Shown here: positions 1 through 8,735 of the stretch, one piece after another
Position numbering within the stretch: the first letter of the stretch is position 1
How the letters are laid out: every line of letters begins with the position of its first letter
Source of the DNA: Dongiaceae bacterium
GTDB taxonomy: Bacteria > Pseudomonadota > Alphaproteobacteria > Dongiales > Dongiaceae
Assembly: GCA_035539215.1 (NCBI GenBank)
Contig: DATLIX010000183.1
Coordinates: 1,993 to 65,992, forward strand
Direction: 5' to 3'
Length of the DNA stretch: 64,000 bases
Notes under the pieces: model-generated
What the model was told of the DNA's origin: nothing
What the model saw: only the letters and a program-made list of their open reading frames with translations
Databases searched by the model: none
Position numbers and translations under genes: made by a program

Positions 1-1760
1 ACGCATTCTTCCACCGCCGACAGCGGGATGACATAGCGGCCGGCGCCGACTCGTACCAGCAGGCCGTCGATGATCGCCAGGGTCAGCGGCAGGCTCAAGG
101 TGATAACCGTCCCCTGGCCCGGCGTGCTGGCGATATCGATGCTGCCGCGCAGGCCTTCGACGGTCTTCTTCACCACGTCCATGCCGACGCCGCGCCCCGA
201 GAGATTGGTCACCTGGCTGGCGGTCGAGAATCCCGGCTGGAAGATCAGCTGGAAGAGTTCGGCATCGGAAAGCTTCGTCCCGGGCACCAGCAGGCCGTTT
301 TCTTCGGCCTTGGTCTGGATACGCTGACGGTCGAGGCCGCGCCCGTCATCGGTGATCGAGATGAAGACCCGGTCGCCGCTATGGCGCGCCGAAAGATGGA
401 TGTTACCCTGCGGCTGCTTTCCGGCTTCCAGACGCTGCTGCGCCGCTTCCAGACCGTGATCGATGGAATTGCGGATGAGATGGATCAGCGGATCGTTGAG
501 ACGTTCGATGACTGTCTTGTCGAGTTCGGTTTCCTCGCCGCTGGTGGTCAGGGTGATCTCCTTGCCGAGTTCAGTGGCAAGGTCATGGACAAGGCGGCGG
601 AAGCGGCCGAAGAGCGAGGCGATCGGCATCATGCGGACGCCCATCGTGGTGTCGCGCAGTTCCAAGGCGAGGCGCTCGATTTCCTCGGCGATCGCCTTGA
701 CCTGCACGTCGGTGGTGGAGGCCGCAACCTGCTTCAGCCGCGACTGGGCGATGACCAGCTCGCCGACGCGGTCCATCAATTCGTCCAGTCGCTCGGCGGG
801 AACGCGAATGCTGCCGCCGGCGCCGCCCTTGGTCTGGGCGCCTTCCGATTTGGCGCCCGCACCCTCACGGCGCGGCGGCGGCGCGACAGCTTTCGCCGGG
901 GCGGAGACCGCGGCTTGGGCGGTTGTCGGCGCTTCCGCAACCGGCATGGCCCCGGCGGCCGCAACAGCGTCAGTCGGCCGGGACGCGGGCAGGCTGTCAG
1001 CGACGGCGGCGTCGCCCGTCACCTGCTCGATCGACAATTCCATGTCGTCGAGGACGAAGAGAAAGACATCCTCGATCGCCGCTTTCGCCTTGCTGGTGAC
1101 GAGACGCACCTCCCAGCCGATATGGCAGTCGAAGGGATCCAGTTCTTCCAGCGGCGGCACCCGATCCGTGAGGGCGATGATGCGCGCCTCGCCCAGGGCC
1201 GCCAGTTCGTCGAGCAGCAGCAGGGGATTGGTGCCGGTCGCCATGCAATCCTTCGGCAGGCGCAGGCGGATGCGCCAGGCAGTCGGCGCGACATCGCTTT
1301 CCTTGCCATCCGTCGCCGGCAGCGGCGCGGCGGCAGGATCGACGGAAGCGGGTTGACTGTCGCCACCCGGGGCTGTTCCGTTGGACGCGGCATCGACCGC
1401 GCGTTCAAGGCGGCTGAGAAGCTCCCCGCCCTGGGCCTCGGTGGCGTTGCCGGGATTTTCGATCAGGTTGCGGATATGGTCCTTGGCCGCGAGGGCGACG
1501 GTGACCATGTCCGCCGTCAGCGGCACCGTGCCTTTGCGCACGAGATCAAAGGCCGTCTCCACATAATGCGTGAAGGCGGCAACGGCATCGAAGCCGAACA
1601 TGGAGCCGGATCCCTTGATCGTATGCAGCGCGCGAAACGTGCTGTCGATCAGATCCTGGTCCTGCTGGCGGTCCGACAAATCGAGCAATGCCTGCTCGAG
1701 GTGGTCCAGCAGTTCCTGGGCCTCCTGGCGGAATAATTCCGATGGGTCCTGTCCGCTCAT
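1..1760 (-). CDS. cheA: Chemotaxis histidine kinase CheA (3' end runs off the window)
   Basis: Missing from the ORF track because it lacks a stop in the window. Manual translation from ATG 1760 gives MSGQDPSELFRQEAQELLDHLEQALLDL...FRALHTIKGSGSMFGF (Hpt). The same frame at 1-420 gives DDGRGLD, IFQPGFSTA, SGRGVGMDVVK and LPLTLAIIDGL. ATGA overlap with the cheY stop. Confidence 0.96.
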   Translation of the reverse strand, partial: MSGQDPSELFRQEAQELLDHLEQALLDLSDRQQDQDLIDSTFRALHTIKGSGSMFGFDAVAAFTHYVETAFDLVRKGTVPLTADMVTVALAAKDHIRNLIENPGNATEAQGGELLSRLERAVDAASNGTAPGGDSQPASVDPAAAPLPATDGKESDVAPTAWRIRLRLPKDCMATGTNPLLLLDELAALGEARIIALTDRVPPLEELDPFDCHIGWEVRLVTSKAKAAIEDVFLFVLDDMELSIEQVTGDAAVADSLPASRPTDAVAAAGAMPVAEAPTTAQAAVSAPAKAVAPPPRREGAGAKSEGAQTKGGAGGSIRVPAERLDELMDRVGELVIAQSRLKQVAASTTDVQVKAIAEEIERLALELRDTTMGVRMMPIASLFGRFRRLVHDLATELGKEITLTTSGEETELDKTVIERLNDPLIHLIRNSIDHGLEAAQQRLEAGKQPQGNIHLSARHSGDRVFISITDDGRGLDRQRIQTKAEENGLLVPGTKLSDAELFQLIFQPGFSTASQVTNLSGRGVGMDVVKKTVEGLRGSIDIASTPGQGTVITLSLPLTLAIIDGLLVRVGAGRYVIPLSAVEEC

Positions 1761-2125
1761 GCGCCCAGCACTTTCTTGACGACGGCGATCAGTTGTTCCT
1801 GCTGGAAGGGCTTGGTGATCCAGCCTGTGGCACCCGCCGCCTTTGCCTCGGCCTTGAGCTGCGCATCGGATTCCGTCGTCAGGAACAGGATCGGCACGCC
1901 TTTATAGGCCGGCAGCTGGCGCAATTCCTTGATCAGGGCGAGGCCGTTCATCACCGGCATGTTGAGATCGGTCATCACCATGTCGACCTGGGAGGCGCGC
2001 GCTTTGGCAAGGCCTTCCGACCCGTCATTCGCCTGAATCACCTGATAGCCGGCGCCGGTGAGAGTCAGTTTGACCATCTGCCGCACGCTGGCGGAATCGT
2101 CGACGCTAAGAATGGTCTTACTCAT
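1757..2125 (-). CDS. cheY: Chemotaxis response regulator CheY
   Basis: Single receiver domain MSKTILSVDDS...TDLNMPVMNG...LTTES...KPF, directly upstream of cheA. Start trimmed to ATG 2125. Confidence 0.93.
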   Translation of the reverse strand: MSKTILSVDDSASVRQMVKLTLTGAGYQVIQANDGSEGLAKARASQVDMVMTDLNMPVMNGLALIKELRQLPAYKGVPILFLTTESDAQLKAEAKAAGATGWITKPFQQEQLIAVVKKVLGA

Positions 2126-2465
2126 GATGGGTGGTTCCTTGGATCCAGAAGAGATCGTCATTGTCGGGGTCGTCGGCCGCGCCGGACAGGAAACCGCTGC
2201 GCATCAGCAGCTGCAGAAGGGCGCCACTGGCGGGGCGGTCGAGCGATACGTTCATCCCGAGCTGTGCGGCGCTTTTGCGGCAGGCGACGACCAGTTGCAG
2301 CAGGCTGAGATCGGCCTCTGCCAGGGCATCGCATTTGATCACGAGAGATTGGCCCGGCCGCAGATGGCTGAGCATTTGGCCGCGAAAATCGGCCGCGGAA
2401 CGGAGCGTGACAGATGCCGGAAGGTCGAGAACGGAACCGCTCGAAGCTTGCGCCAAGTCTTCCAT
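2118..2465 (-). CDS. STAS-domain protein of the chemotaxis operon
   Basis: 115 aa with DLPASVT...ADLSLLQL...LLMRSGF, a STAS_2-like pattern. Overlaps the cheY start; STAS-cheY-cheA is a common gene order. Confidence 0.8.
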   Translation of the reverse strand: MEDLAQASSGSVLDLPASVTLRSAADFRGQMLSHLRPGQSLVIKCDALAEADLSLLQLVVACRKSAAQLGMNVSLDRPASGALLQLLMRSGFLSGAADDPDNDDLFWIQGTTHHE

Positions 2466-2878
2466 ATTTCCTGCTACTTCTACACTCAGGTGTGAATGCA
2501 GCGGTATTCTAGGTTTTAAAGCGTGAACAAGTTATTAGCGACTTCTGTCCTGCTGAGGGGCGAGACAGGACGTCTCTACATGCCGGATCTGCAAATTGGG
2601 TATGGAGAAAATGCCGAGCGAACGGCGGCCGGCGCCAGTCGAAATTGAGCCAAATGTGCGACAAATTTGGCGGCCGGCTATCAGCTGGCCAGGTAATGCG
2701 CCATGTGCGGCGGCGGAGTGCGGCGGCGGAGCCCGCCGGCTCGAACAAAGACGCAAGATGCATGCAGCTTTCGCACGCTCATGGGGACGGCATGAAGAGG
2801 ACATGGGGCGCGGTGCCCTCTTCATGCCGCGATGTCGCCGCAAGCCGTGGCGATTCTTCTTACATATATAGAGCGCAG

Positions 2879-4477
2879 CTATCGCGACGCGGCGACAAGC
2901 TCGACCTCGTCATATCCCGCCGCCATCGCGATCAACCGTTGCCGGTCGACTTTGCCATGGGCGTTTCGCGGAATCTCGTCAATGATCAGCAGGGCCTCGG
3001 GCGTCTTGTAGTCGGCTACCCGCGCGAGCAGGCTGGTGCGAATGGCTTCAAGGCCGATGTCGTCGGTATCGGGCATCAGCTTGACGAAACCGACCACGCG
3101 CTGGCCGAGGATCATATCCGGCACGCCGACGACAGCCGCCTCTTGGACGGCGGGATGAGCAATCAGGGCATGTTCGACCTCGACGGGCGCGATCTTGGCG
3201 CCATCCCGGACGATGATGTCCTTCTTGCGCCCGACGAACCACAACTCATCGGCCTCGCCCTGGCGCATGAGATCGCCGGTATGGAACCAGCCATCGTTGT
3301 CGACCGGCACCAGGTCCTCCGGTCCCGCCCAATAACCCGACGCCACATGCGCGCCGCGGAGCAGCAATTCGCCGACCGCGCCACGGACCACCGGCGCGCC
3401 GCTGTCGTCGACAAGGCGGAATTCCGCCTCTTGCCGGATGCGGCAGACCGGCCCGGACTGCAGACCATAGAGTGTCGAGCCAGCGGCCTCCGTGGCCTGC
3501 CAGAAGGAACGCAAGGGAACGCCGAAATAGTGGGGGAACAGGTTCTGCAAATGAGCAGGACAGATATCGCCGCCGCTCAGGCAGGTCCGCAGCGAACTCA
3601 TCTTGCGCGGCTGCGCCTGCTGGCGCTCCAGCAGGGCGGCGAACATCCACGGCAGCAGCGGCAAGGTGCTGCAATGATAATGCTCGATCGCGTCCAGCAC
3701 CGGATCCGCCTTGAAACGCTCGAACAGAACGAGCGGCATGCCGCAATGGATCGCCGCGAGAAAGATGAAAAGGCCGCTGGCATGAACCATTGGCAGGGCC
3801 GCGATGCCGATCTGGTCGGCATCGAAACCCAGTTCACGGAAGGTCGCGGCGGCGGTAGCCAGACTCTCCTGCGTATGGACGACGAGTTTGGCCTCACCAG
3901 TCGCGCCGGCGGTAGAGAGCAGAACCGCGGGCGCCTGCGGATCCGGTTTGACGGCAATCGGATCACTGGTCGCATCGCCAAATAAGGCGGTCCAACGCTG
4001 AGCCATGCGATCAGTTACCGCCCGGATCGGCCCGCCGACGACGAAGCGGCCTTCATAAGGCAGAACGGCGGCGTCGAAATTGGCGACCCGGCCATAAAAA
4101 TCAAGCTGGCCGATATAGAGCGCCGGTTTAAGGCGTCGCAGGAGCGCCGCCAGCTCGGTGGATTGCAACCGGGTATTCAAGGGGACCGCAATGGCGCCGA
4201 TGCGGAAGCAGGCATAGTAGGCGAGGACCAGCTCCGGCACATTGGCCATATGCAGGACAACCCGGTCGCCCTTCTTGATGCCCCGCGCCAGCATTCCGCG
4301 GGCAAGGCGCGCACTTTCCGCCGCCAGGCGACTATAGGTCCAGCCCTCTCGATCCTGGATGAAAGCAACCGCATCGGGGCGCGCCTGCGCATGACCGATC
4401 AATGCAGCCAAAGGTGTCGTCACCATCTTGCTCTCCAACAAAGTTGTGATCAGGCGGTCAAAAGCGGACGTCATCAT
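2879..4477 (-). CDS. Class I adenylate-forming enzyme (acyl/aryl-CoA ligase-like)
   Basis: Motifs GWFHTGDL, GRKKDIIVRDG, PVEVEHAL and PRNAHGKVDR. The P-loop is divergent (STAGATGEAK). 4-bp overlap with the upstream oxidase. Confidence 0.88.
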   Translation of the reverse strand: MMTSAFDRLITTLLESKMVTTPLAALIGHAQARPDAVAFIQDREGWTYSRLAAESARLARGMLARGIKKGDRVVLHMANVPELVLAYYACFRIGAIAVPLNTRLQSTELAALLRRLKPALYIGQLDFYGRVANFDAAVLPYEGRFVVGGPIRAVTDRMAQRWTALFGDATSDPIAVKPDPQAPAVLLSTAGATGEAKLVVHTQESLATAAATFRELGFDADQIGIAALPMVHASGLFIFLAAIHCGMPLVLFERFKADPVLDAIEHYHCSTLPLLPWMFAALLERQQAQPRKMSSLRTCLSGGDICPAHLQNLFPHYFGVPLRSFWQATEAAGSTLYGLQSGPVCRIRQEAEFRLVDDSGAPVVRGAVGELLLRGAHVASGYWAGPEDLVPVDNDGWFHTGDLMRQGEADELWFVGRKKDIIVRDGAKIAPVEVEHALIAHPAVQEAAVVGVPDMILGQRVVGFVKLMPDTDDIGLEAIRTSLLARVADYKTPEALLIIDEIPRNAHGKVDRQRLIAMAAGYDEVELVAASR

Positions 4478-5916
4478 CCGTGCTCCGGAAGAACCGTCTT
4501 GCGGGCAACGCGCGCGGTGCGCGCCGGCAGCGGCATGTTGTCGGGCGTCAGGCGGGGCAAAGGCGTCGCGCAGAACATGCCGTCGGGATCGACGCGCCGC
4601 TTGATATCCAGCAGCCGGACGAGATTGCTGCCATAGGCGCGGGCAATCTGCTCGTGATGGTCCGGTCCCAGCATGTTGGGATAGCCGCCCGGCAACGCCG
4701 AAGCAGCCAGGCTTTGCGAAATGGTCTTCGCCCAGTTGCGATGAATGCTGCCGTCATCGCCCTCCGTCGGCTCCCAGCAGGCTATGACTTCGAACAGGAA
4801 GTGTTCCTGGCGCAAGCCGAAGGCCGTGTTGCCGAGGGGCACGCGGGCCGCTGCGCCATGAAAGTGATGCAGGACGATGGCCGTATGCGGTGACGTCCTG
4901 GTACTGCCCGCCGCGACGATCGAGGAGATGGCCTGCGATGTCAGTGCGGGAAGCCAGCGCGACTGTGCAGCATAGTGGCGGCCGGCAACAACCTGGGCAT
5001 CGAACAGGCCCAGCAGGGAAGCGTAGCTCCGTGGCGCGATGTCGACCGCGACCGGCGTGCCCAGCCGGCACAAGCCGGCCATGATCTGCTCGCCGCGGCT
5101 GCGCTCGCCGCTCCAGCAAGGGGCGAGGAACAGCAGCGGATTGCCTGCGGGGCCGGACACGACGCCGCTGATGACCGACAGTTCGTCGGGCGCCCAGCCC
5201 GCCGCCTCAGCATAGCCGCGCAGGACCATCTCCGCCTCGAACCAGGGAAACAGGATGATGCCGGCGATCACCTGGGGCAGTTCGTGCAATCGAAGATGCA
5301 GGGCCGTGACGACGCCGAGATTACCGCCGCCGCCACGCAGCGCCCAGAACAGATCGGTGTTCTTCATGGCATCGGCGGTGACCAGCCGTCCATCGGCCAG
5401 CACCACCTCGGCGCCGATCGTGTTATCGAGGGCCAGACCGTATTTGGCGCAAAGCGGTCCGTAGCCGCCCCCCAGCGTGAGGCCGGCGAGGCCGACAGTG
5501 CCGACCGCGCCGGTGACCGCAACGAGACCGTGTGGAGCAGCGGCCTCGATCAGGTCGGCGGCAAGAGCGCCGCCCTCAACCCTGGCAGTTCGCGCTTTGG
5601 TATCGATTTCCACCCCGCGCATGCCGGAGAGATCGATCACCAGCCCATCGGGACGCAGCGCCCGGCCGGCCCAATCATGTCCGCCGCCACGGACCGAAAG
5701 AGCGACACCGTACTGGCGCGCGGCCTGGACTGCCAATTGGACATCGCGCGACGTCTCGCAGCGCGCGAACAGCGCCGGCCGGTGATCGACGGCACCATTC
5801 CAAATGCGCCGAGCAGCCGCATAGCCGCTGTCTTCCGGCGATATGACGCTGCCCTGCATCTGCCCGCGCAGCTGTCTCGCCGCGGCCAGTCCGGCTGTTG
5901 CAATCAGGTCCCACAT
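4474..5916 (-). CDS. FAD-binding oxidoreductase, berberine-bridge-enzyme/VAO-PCMH family
   Basis: RGGGHDW (covalent-FAD His), GLTLGGGYG, DLFWALRGGGGNLGVVT and C-terminal YPN...YGSN..RL..IKRRVDPDGMF. RBS GGGAGAG upstream. Confidence 0.9.
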   Translation of the reverse strand: MWDLIATAGLAAARQLRGQMQGSVISPEDSGYAAARRIWNGAVDHRPALFARCETSRDVQLAVQAARQYGVALSVRGGGHDWAGRALRPDGLVIDLSGMRGVEIDTKARTARVEGGALAADLIEAAAPHGLVAVTGAVGTVGLAGLTLGGGYGPLCAKYGLALDNTIGAEVVLADGRLVTADAMKNTDLFWALRGGGGNLGVVTALHLRLHELPQVIAGIILFPWFEAEMVLRGYAEAAGWAPDELSVISGVVSGPAGNPLLFLAPCWSGERSRGEQIMAGLCRLGTPVAVDIAPRSYASLLGLFDAQVVAGRHYAAQSRWLPALTSQAISSIVAAGSTRTSPHTAIVLHHFHGAAARVPLGNTAFGLRQEHFLFEVIACWEPTEGDDGSIHRNWAKTISQSLAASALPGGYPNMLGPDHHEQIARAYGSNLVRLLDIKRRVDPDGMFCATPLPRLTPDNMPLPARTARVARKTVLPEHG

Positions 5917-6048
5917 GATGCTCTCCCACTCCCGTTGAAGGTCAGCTTGCGCTTCGCAGCACGGCCGGGCTTGGCTGGCTGAAGGCCAGCGCGCCGGGGC
6001 TGTCGATCGTCCCCACTGCCGGACATTTCTGCCCGCTGACTCGCGATG

Positions 6049-6116
6049 CTGATAAGTTGGGAACAGGCCGTTACGACCGCATTTCAGGGCCGGGAAAAAA
6101 CGTTACCGCTGTAATG
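6049..6116 (-). promoter_or_regulatory. Putative promoter with vir-box-like operator for the oxidase-ligase operon
   Basis: Dyad GTTACCGCTGTAAT at 6102-6115. Half sites at 6070 (GTTACG) and 6081 (ATTTCA). -10-like TATCAG on the minus strand at 6054-6049. The same architecture recurs at 10843-10910. Confidence 0.65.
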
Positions 6117-6242
6117 GGAAAATGGCGCCAAGCGTTCAACCGCCCCGCTTGCCGCAATCCGGCAGCCATCGGCGCCTGCGCCGGACCATATCAAGGCGAC
6201 GTCGGGCGCAAGCGGCGAGAGGGCGTGCTGCGTGGTAGAGCG

Positions 6243-8735
6243 CTAGGTCGGTATGGTCCGGGGTGCGTCAGAGACGCTCCTGAAGCAGCGCTTCAGTGCC
6301 GCCGCAAGCTCCGTGGAGATGAGCGGCCGCCTGACCGCTTCGGAAATGCCGGCCGAGATCAACAGGCTCGCATCGATTTCCTGAATTGATGTCGTGGTCA
6401 GCAGGATCGGCAAGGTCGGCGTGATCTCATGCACCTTGGCGGCAAGATCGAGCGCCAGGGCGATCGAACTGAAATGCCCCAGGACAAGGCAATCGAAACG
6501 GCCGGGATCGGCGCGATACGCCGCCAGGACGTCGGCAGTACTGGTAAATCCGATCGGCTCGTAACCGAGTGCGGCCAATACTTCTTCATCGGCAAGCAGC
6601 CGGTTGCGATCGTCACCAACCACAAGCAGGGCCTCGCCGCGCCCGAAGGGGAGCGCCGGCGCGTTCACTTTGGGCATGATTTCGGCGCCTCCAATACAAG
6701 GTAGCCAAGCTTCAAAGCGACTGCCGGCGCCGGGCGAACTGCGGACATTCATCGCCCCGCCATGCTGGCGGACGATCTCGCGCGCCGACGCCAATCCCAA
6801 GCCGTTGCCGGTGGGACGCGTGGTGAAGAAGGGCTCGAAGAGCCGCTCGAGCACGGCTTCCTGCATGCCGCGTCCGGTATCGCTGATACCGATGCTCACA
6901 TAGCGGCCCTGGGTCAGTTCGCCATGCGTCAGCGGCTGGGCCCAGGGTATGTCATGGATCTGCACATCGATCTCAATGCGCCCGACCCCTTCCATCGCCT
7001 GTGCGGCGTTGTTGCAGAGATTGAGAATCACCTGCTGCAATTGGCCCGGCTCGCCGAGGATATTGGCGGTCTCCGGCAACCTGCCGATGACAAGTTCGGT
7101 GGTCGGCGGCAGCGATGCCTGCAACAGCGAGGCGACTTCGGCGATCAGGGAACCGATATCGACCGGGCGGCGATGGCCCTCCCGATGGCGGCCGAAGGCA
7201 AGGATCTGATCGACAAGGTCCCGCGCGCGCTCGCCAGCCTTGCGGATCTCCTCGAGGCTGGCGACCGCCTGGCCGCTCGACGCAACCTGGGCCTCGGCGA
7301 TCTCCGTATAGCCCAGGATCGCCGCGACGATATTGTTGAAGTTATGGGCAATGCCGGAAGCGAAGGTACCGACCGTCTCCATCCGGCGGGCCTGCTGCAG
7401 CCGCGTTTCCAGACGCGCGCGCTCCTGCTCGAGGGAGGTCCGCTCAACCGCATTGGAGATGGCATCGAGCGCCATGCGCAACAGGCCGAGTTCGTCCACC
7501 TGCCGCACGCCGCGCGGTGCGAGAAAGTCGAAGCCGAGCAGGCTATGGATCTCGCTTTCGCCCAGACGCGGCACACAGATCCAACTCGACAGGCCGGCGA
7601 TATTCAGCGGTTCCCGGTCGACATCCGGCGGCAGCGTGGCGACTGCGGGAATGTAGATGATTCCCTCCATCGTGGCATCAAGCCCGGCGGCGACCGCCGG
7701 CGCATTTTCCGGCCAGTCGCTCGGAAAAGGCGCTCCCTCGCGGCACCAGAGATAGACGCGCGGCATCTTTCCGGGAATGACGTAATAGGCGCGATCCGCA
7801 TCGATATGCTCGGCCAGTTGGTCGAGGGCGGCATCGACATAGGCGTCGATTTCATGCGGGCGGCAATTGATGAAACCGGTCGAAATGGCAGCGATGACAT
7901 GCTCCAGCGCGGCCCGGCGACGCAATGCCTGGGCACGCGCCCGCAGCCGCAAGCCGAGATGCACGAGCGTTGCCATCAGCAGCAGCGAGGTGACATAGAG
8001 CAGCAATCGATAGCGCCGCGCGACGCGACGCGCATCGTCATGCCGCGCCACGATGAGGCTTCGGACGCGCTCCTCCGCCTGCTTGCTGGGGATGACGAAC
8101 AGCGCTTTCACCAGGTCATCCGTCGCCGGCAGAAGATCGTGCAGCAGGCGGCCATGCGCCAGCAGCGTTTCGACGGAATCGGCATCCCCTGCCTGCACGG
8201 GCTGCCGCGCCAGGTCGTCGAGCCGGTCCTGGACCTCTTGCGCCACCGAGGGTGACGTATTCAAGGTGAAATTCAGCATCGCCGCGGCCAGCGCACTGAC
8301 AGCGGGCACCAGCACGCCGTCCTTGCCCGACGTGCCAAGACGGGCGCTGAAGAGCGAAAAATACGCCAGCGAATTCTGCAGCAGGGCATTGTTGCTCTTG
8401 AACTGCTCGGTCAGATCCTCCTGCCGATCAACCAGGCTGGAGAGCCGATCGACCTCCGTTTCCTCCTTCAGATCGCCTGACGCAATATCCTCCAATTGTG
8501 CCAGCGCATCCCTCAGGACATTGACTTCCCGCACGAGCGGATCGTAGTTCCGCAACATGCCCGACCGCGCGGCCAGGATATCCCGGTGCAGCGCGCTTTC
8601 GGTTCTTTGAAATTTGTCGAGCACGCCGATCGCCTGCTCGAATTGCTGCGAGTTGACGTTCATGCCCTTGATCAGCAGCCAGGTCAGCATGAGGAGCAGC
8701 AACGGTATGGCGGCCACGGTGGGCATCAGTTTCAT
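6243..8735 (-). CDS. VirA-like hybrid sensor histidine kinase (periplasmic helical DAHL-like domain, GAF linker, HisKA/HATPase, degenerate receiver)
   Basis: 830 aa with two TM segments. H-box ETVGTFASGIAHNFNNI, QVILNLCNNAAQA, DTGRGM, FEPFFTT, GNGLGL. C-terminal EEVLAALGYEPIGF segment and overall layout resemble Agrobacterium VirA as recalled. Confidence 0.85.
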   Translation of the reverse strand: MKLMPTVAAIPLLLLMLTWLLIKGMNVNSQQFEQAIGVLDKFQRTESALHRDILAARSGMLRNYDPLVREVNVLRDALAQLEDIASGDLKEETEVDRLSSLVDRQEDLTEQFKSNNALLQNSLAYFSLFSARLGTSGKDGVLVPAVSALAAAMLNFTLNTSPSVAQEVQDRLDDLARQPVQAGDADSVETLLAHGRLLHDLLPATDDLVKALFVIPSKQAEERVRSLIVARHDDARRVARRYRLLLYVTSLLLMATLVHLGLRLRARAQALRRRAALEHVIAAISTGFINCRPHEIDAYVDAALDQLAEHIDADRAYYVIPGKMPRVYLWCREGAPFPSDWPENAPAVAAGLDATMEGIIYIPAVATLPPDVDREPLNIAGLSSWICVPRLGESEIHSLLGFDFLAPRGVRQVDELGLLRMALDAISNAVERTSLEQERARLETRLQQARRMETVGTFASGIAHNFNNIVAAILGYTEIAEAQVASSGQAVASLEEIRKAGERARDLVDQILAFGRHREGHRRPVDIGSLIAEVASLLQASLPPTTELVIGRLPETANILGEPGQLQQVILNLCNNAAQAMEGVGRIEIDVQIHDIPWAQPLTHGELTQGRYVSIGISDTGRGMQEAVLERLFEPFFTTRPTGNGLGLASAREIVRQHGGAMNVRSSPGAGSRFEAWLPCIGGAEIMPKVNAPALPFGRGEALLVVGDDRNRLLADEEVLAALGYEPIGFTSTADVLAAYRADPGRFDCLVLGHFSSIALALDLAAKVHEITPTLPILLTTTSIQEIDASLLISAGISEAVRRPLISTELAAALKRCFRSVSDAPRTIPT

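Noticed and set aside
381-1736. 451-aa plus-strand ORF, and apparent absence of a gene at 1-1760 in the ORF track
   Set aside because: The ORF is an antisense shadow of cheA. cheA is in one consistent frame at both ends checked and is missing from the track only because its stop lies outside the window.
2706-2731. Tandem 13-mer TGCGGCGGCGGAG x2
   Set aside because: Low-complexity GC sequence with only two copies and no spacers; not CRISPR and no evident function.
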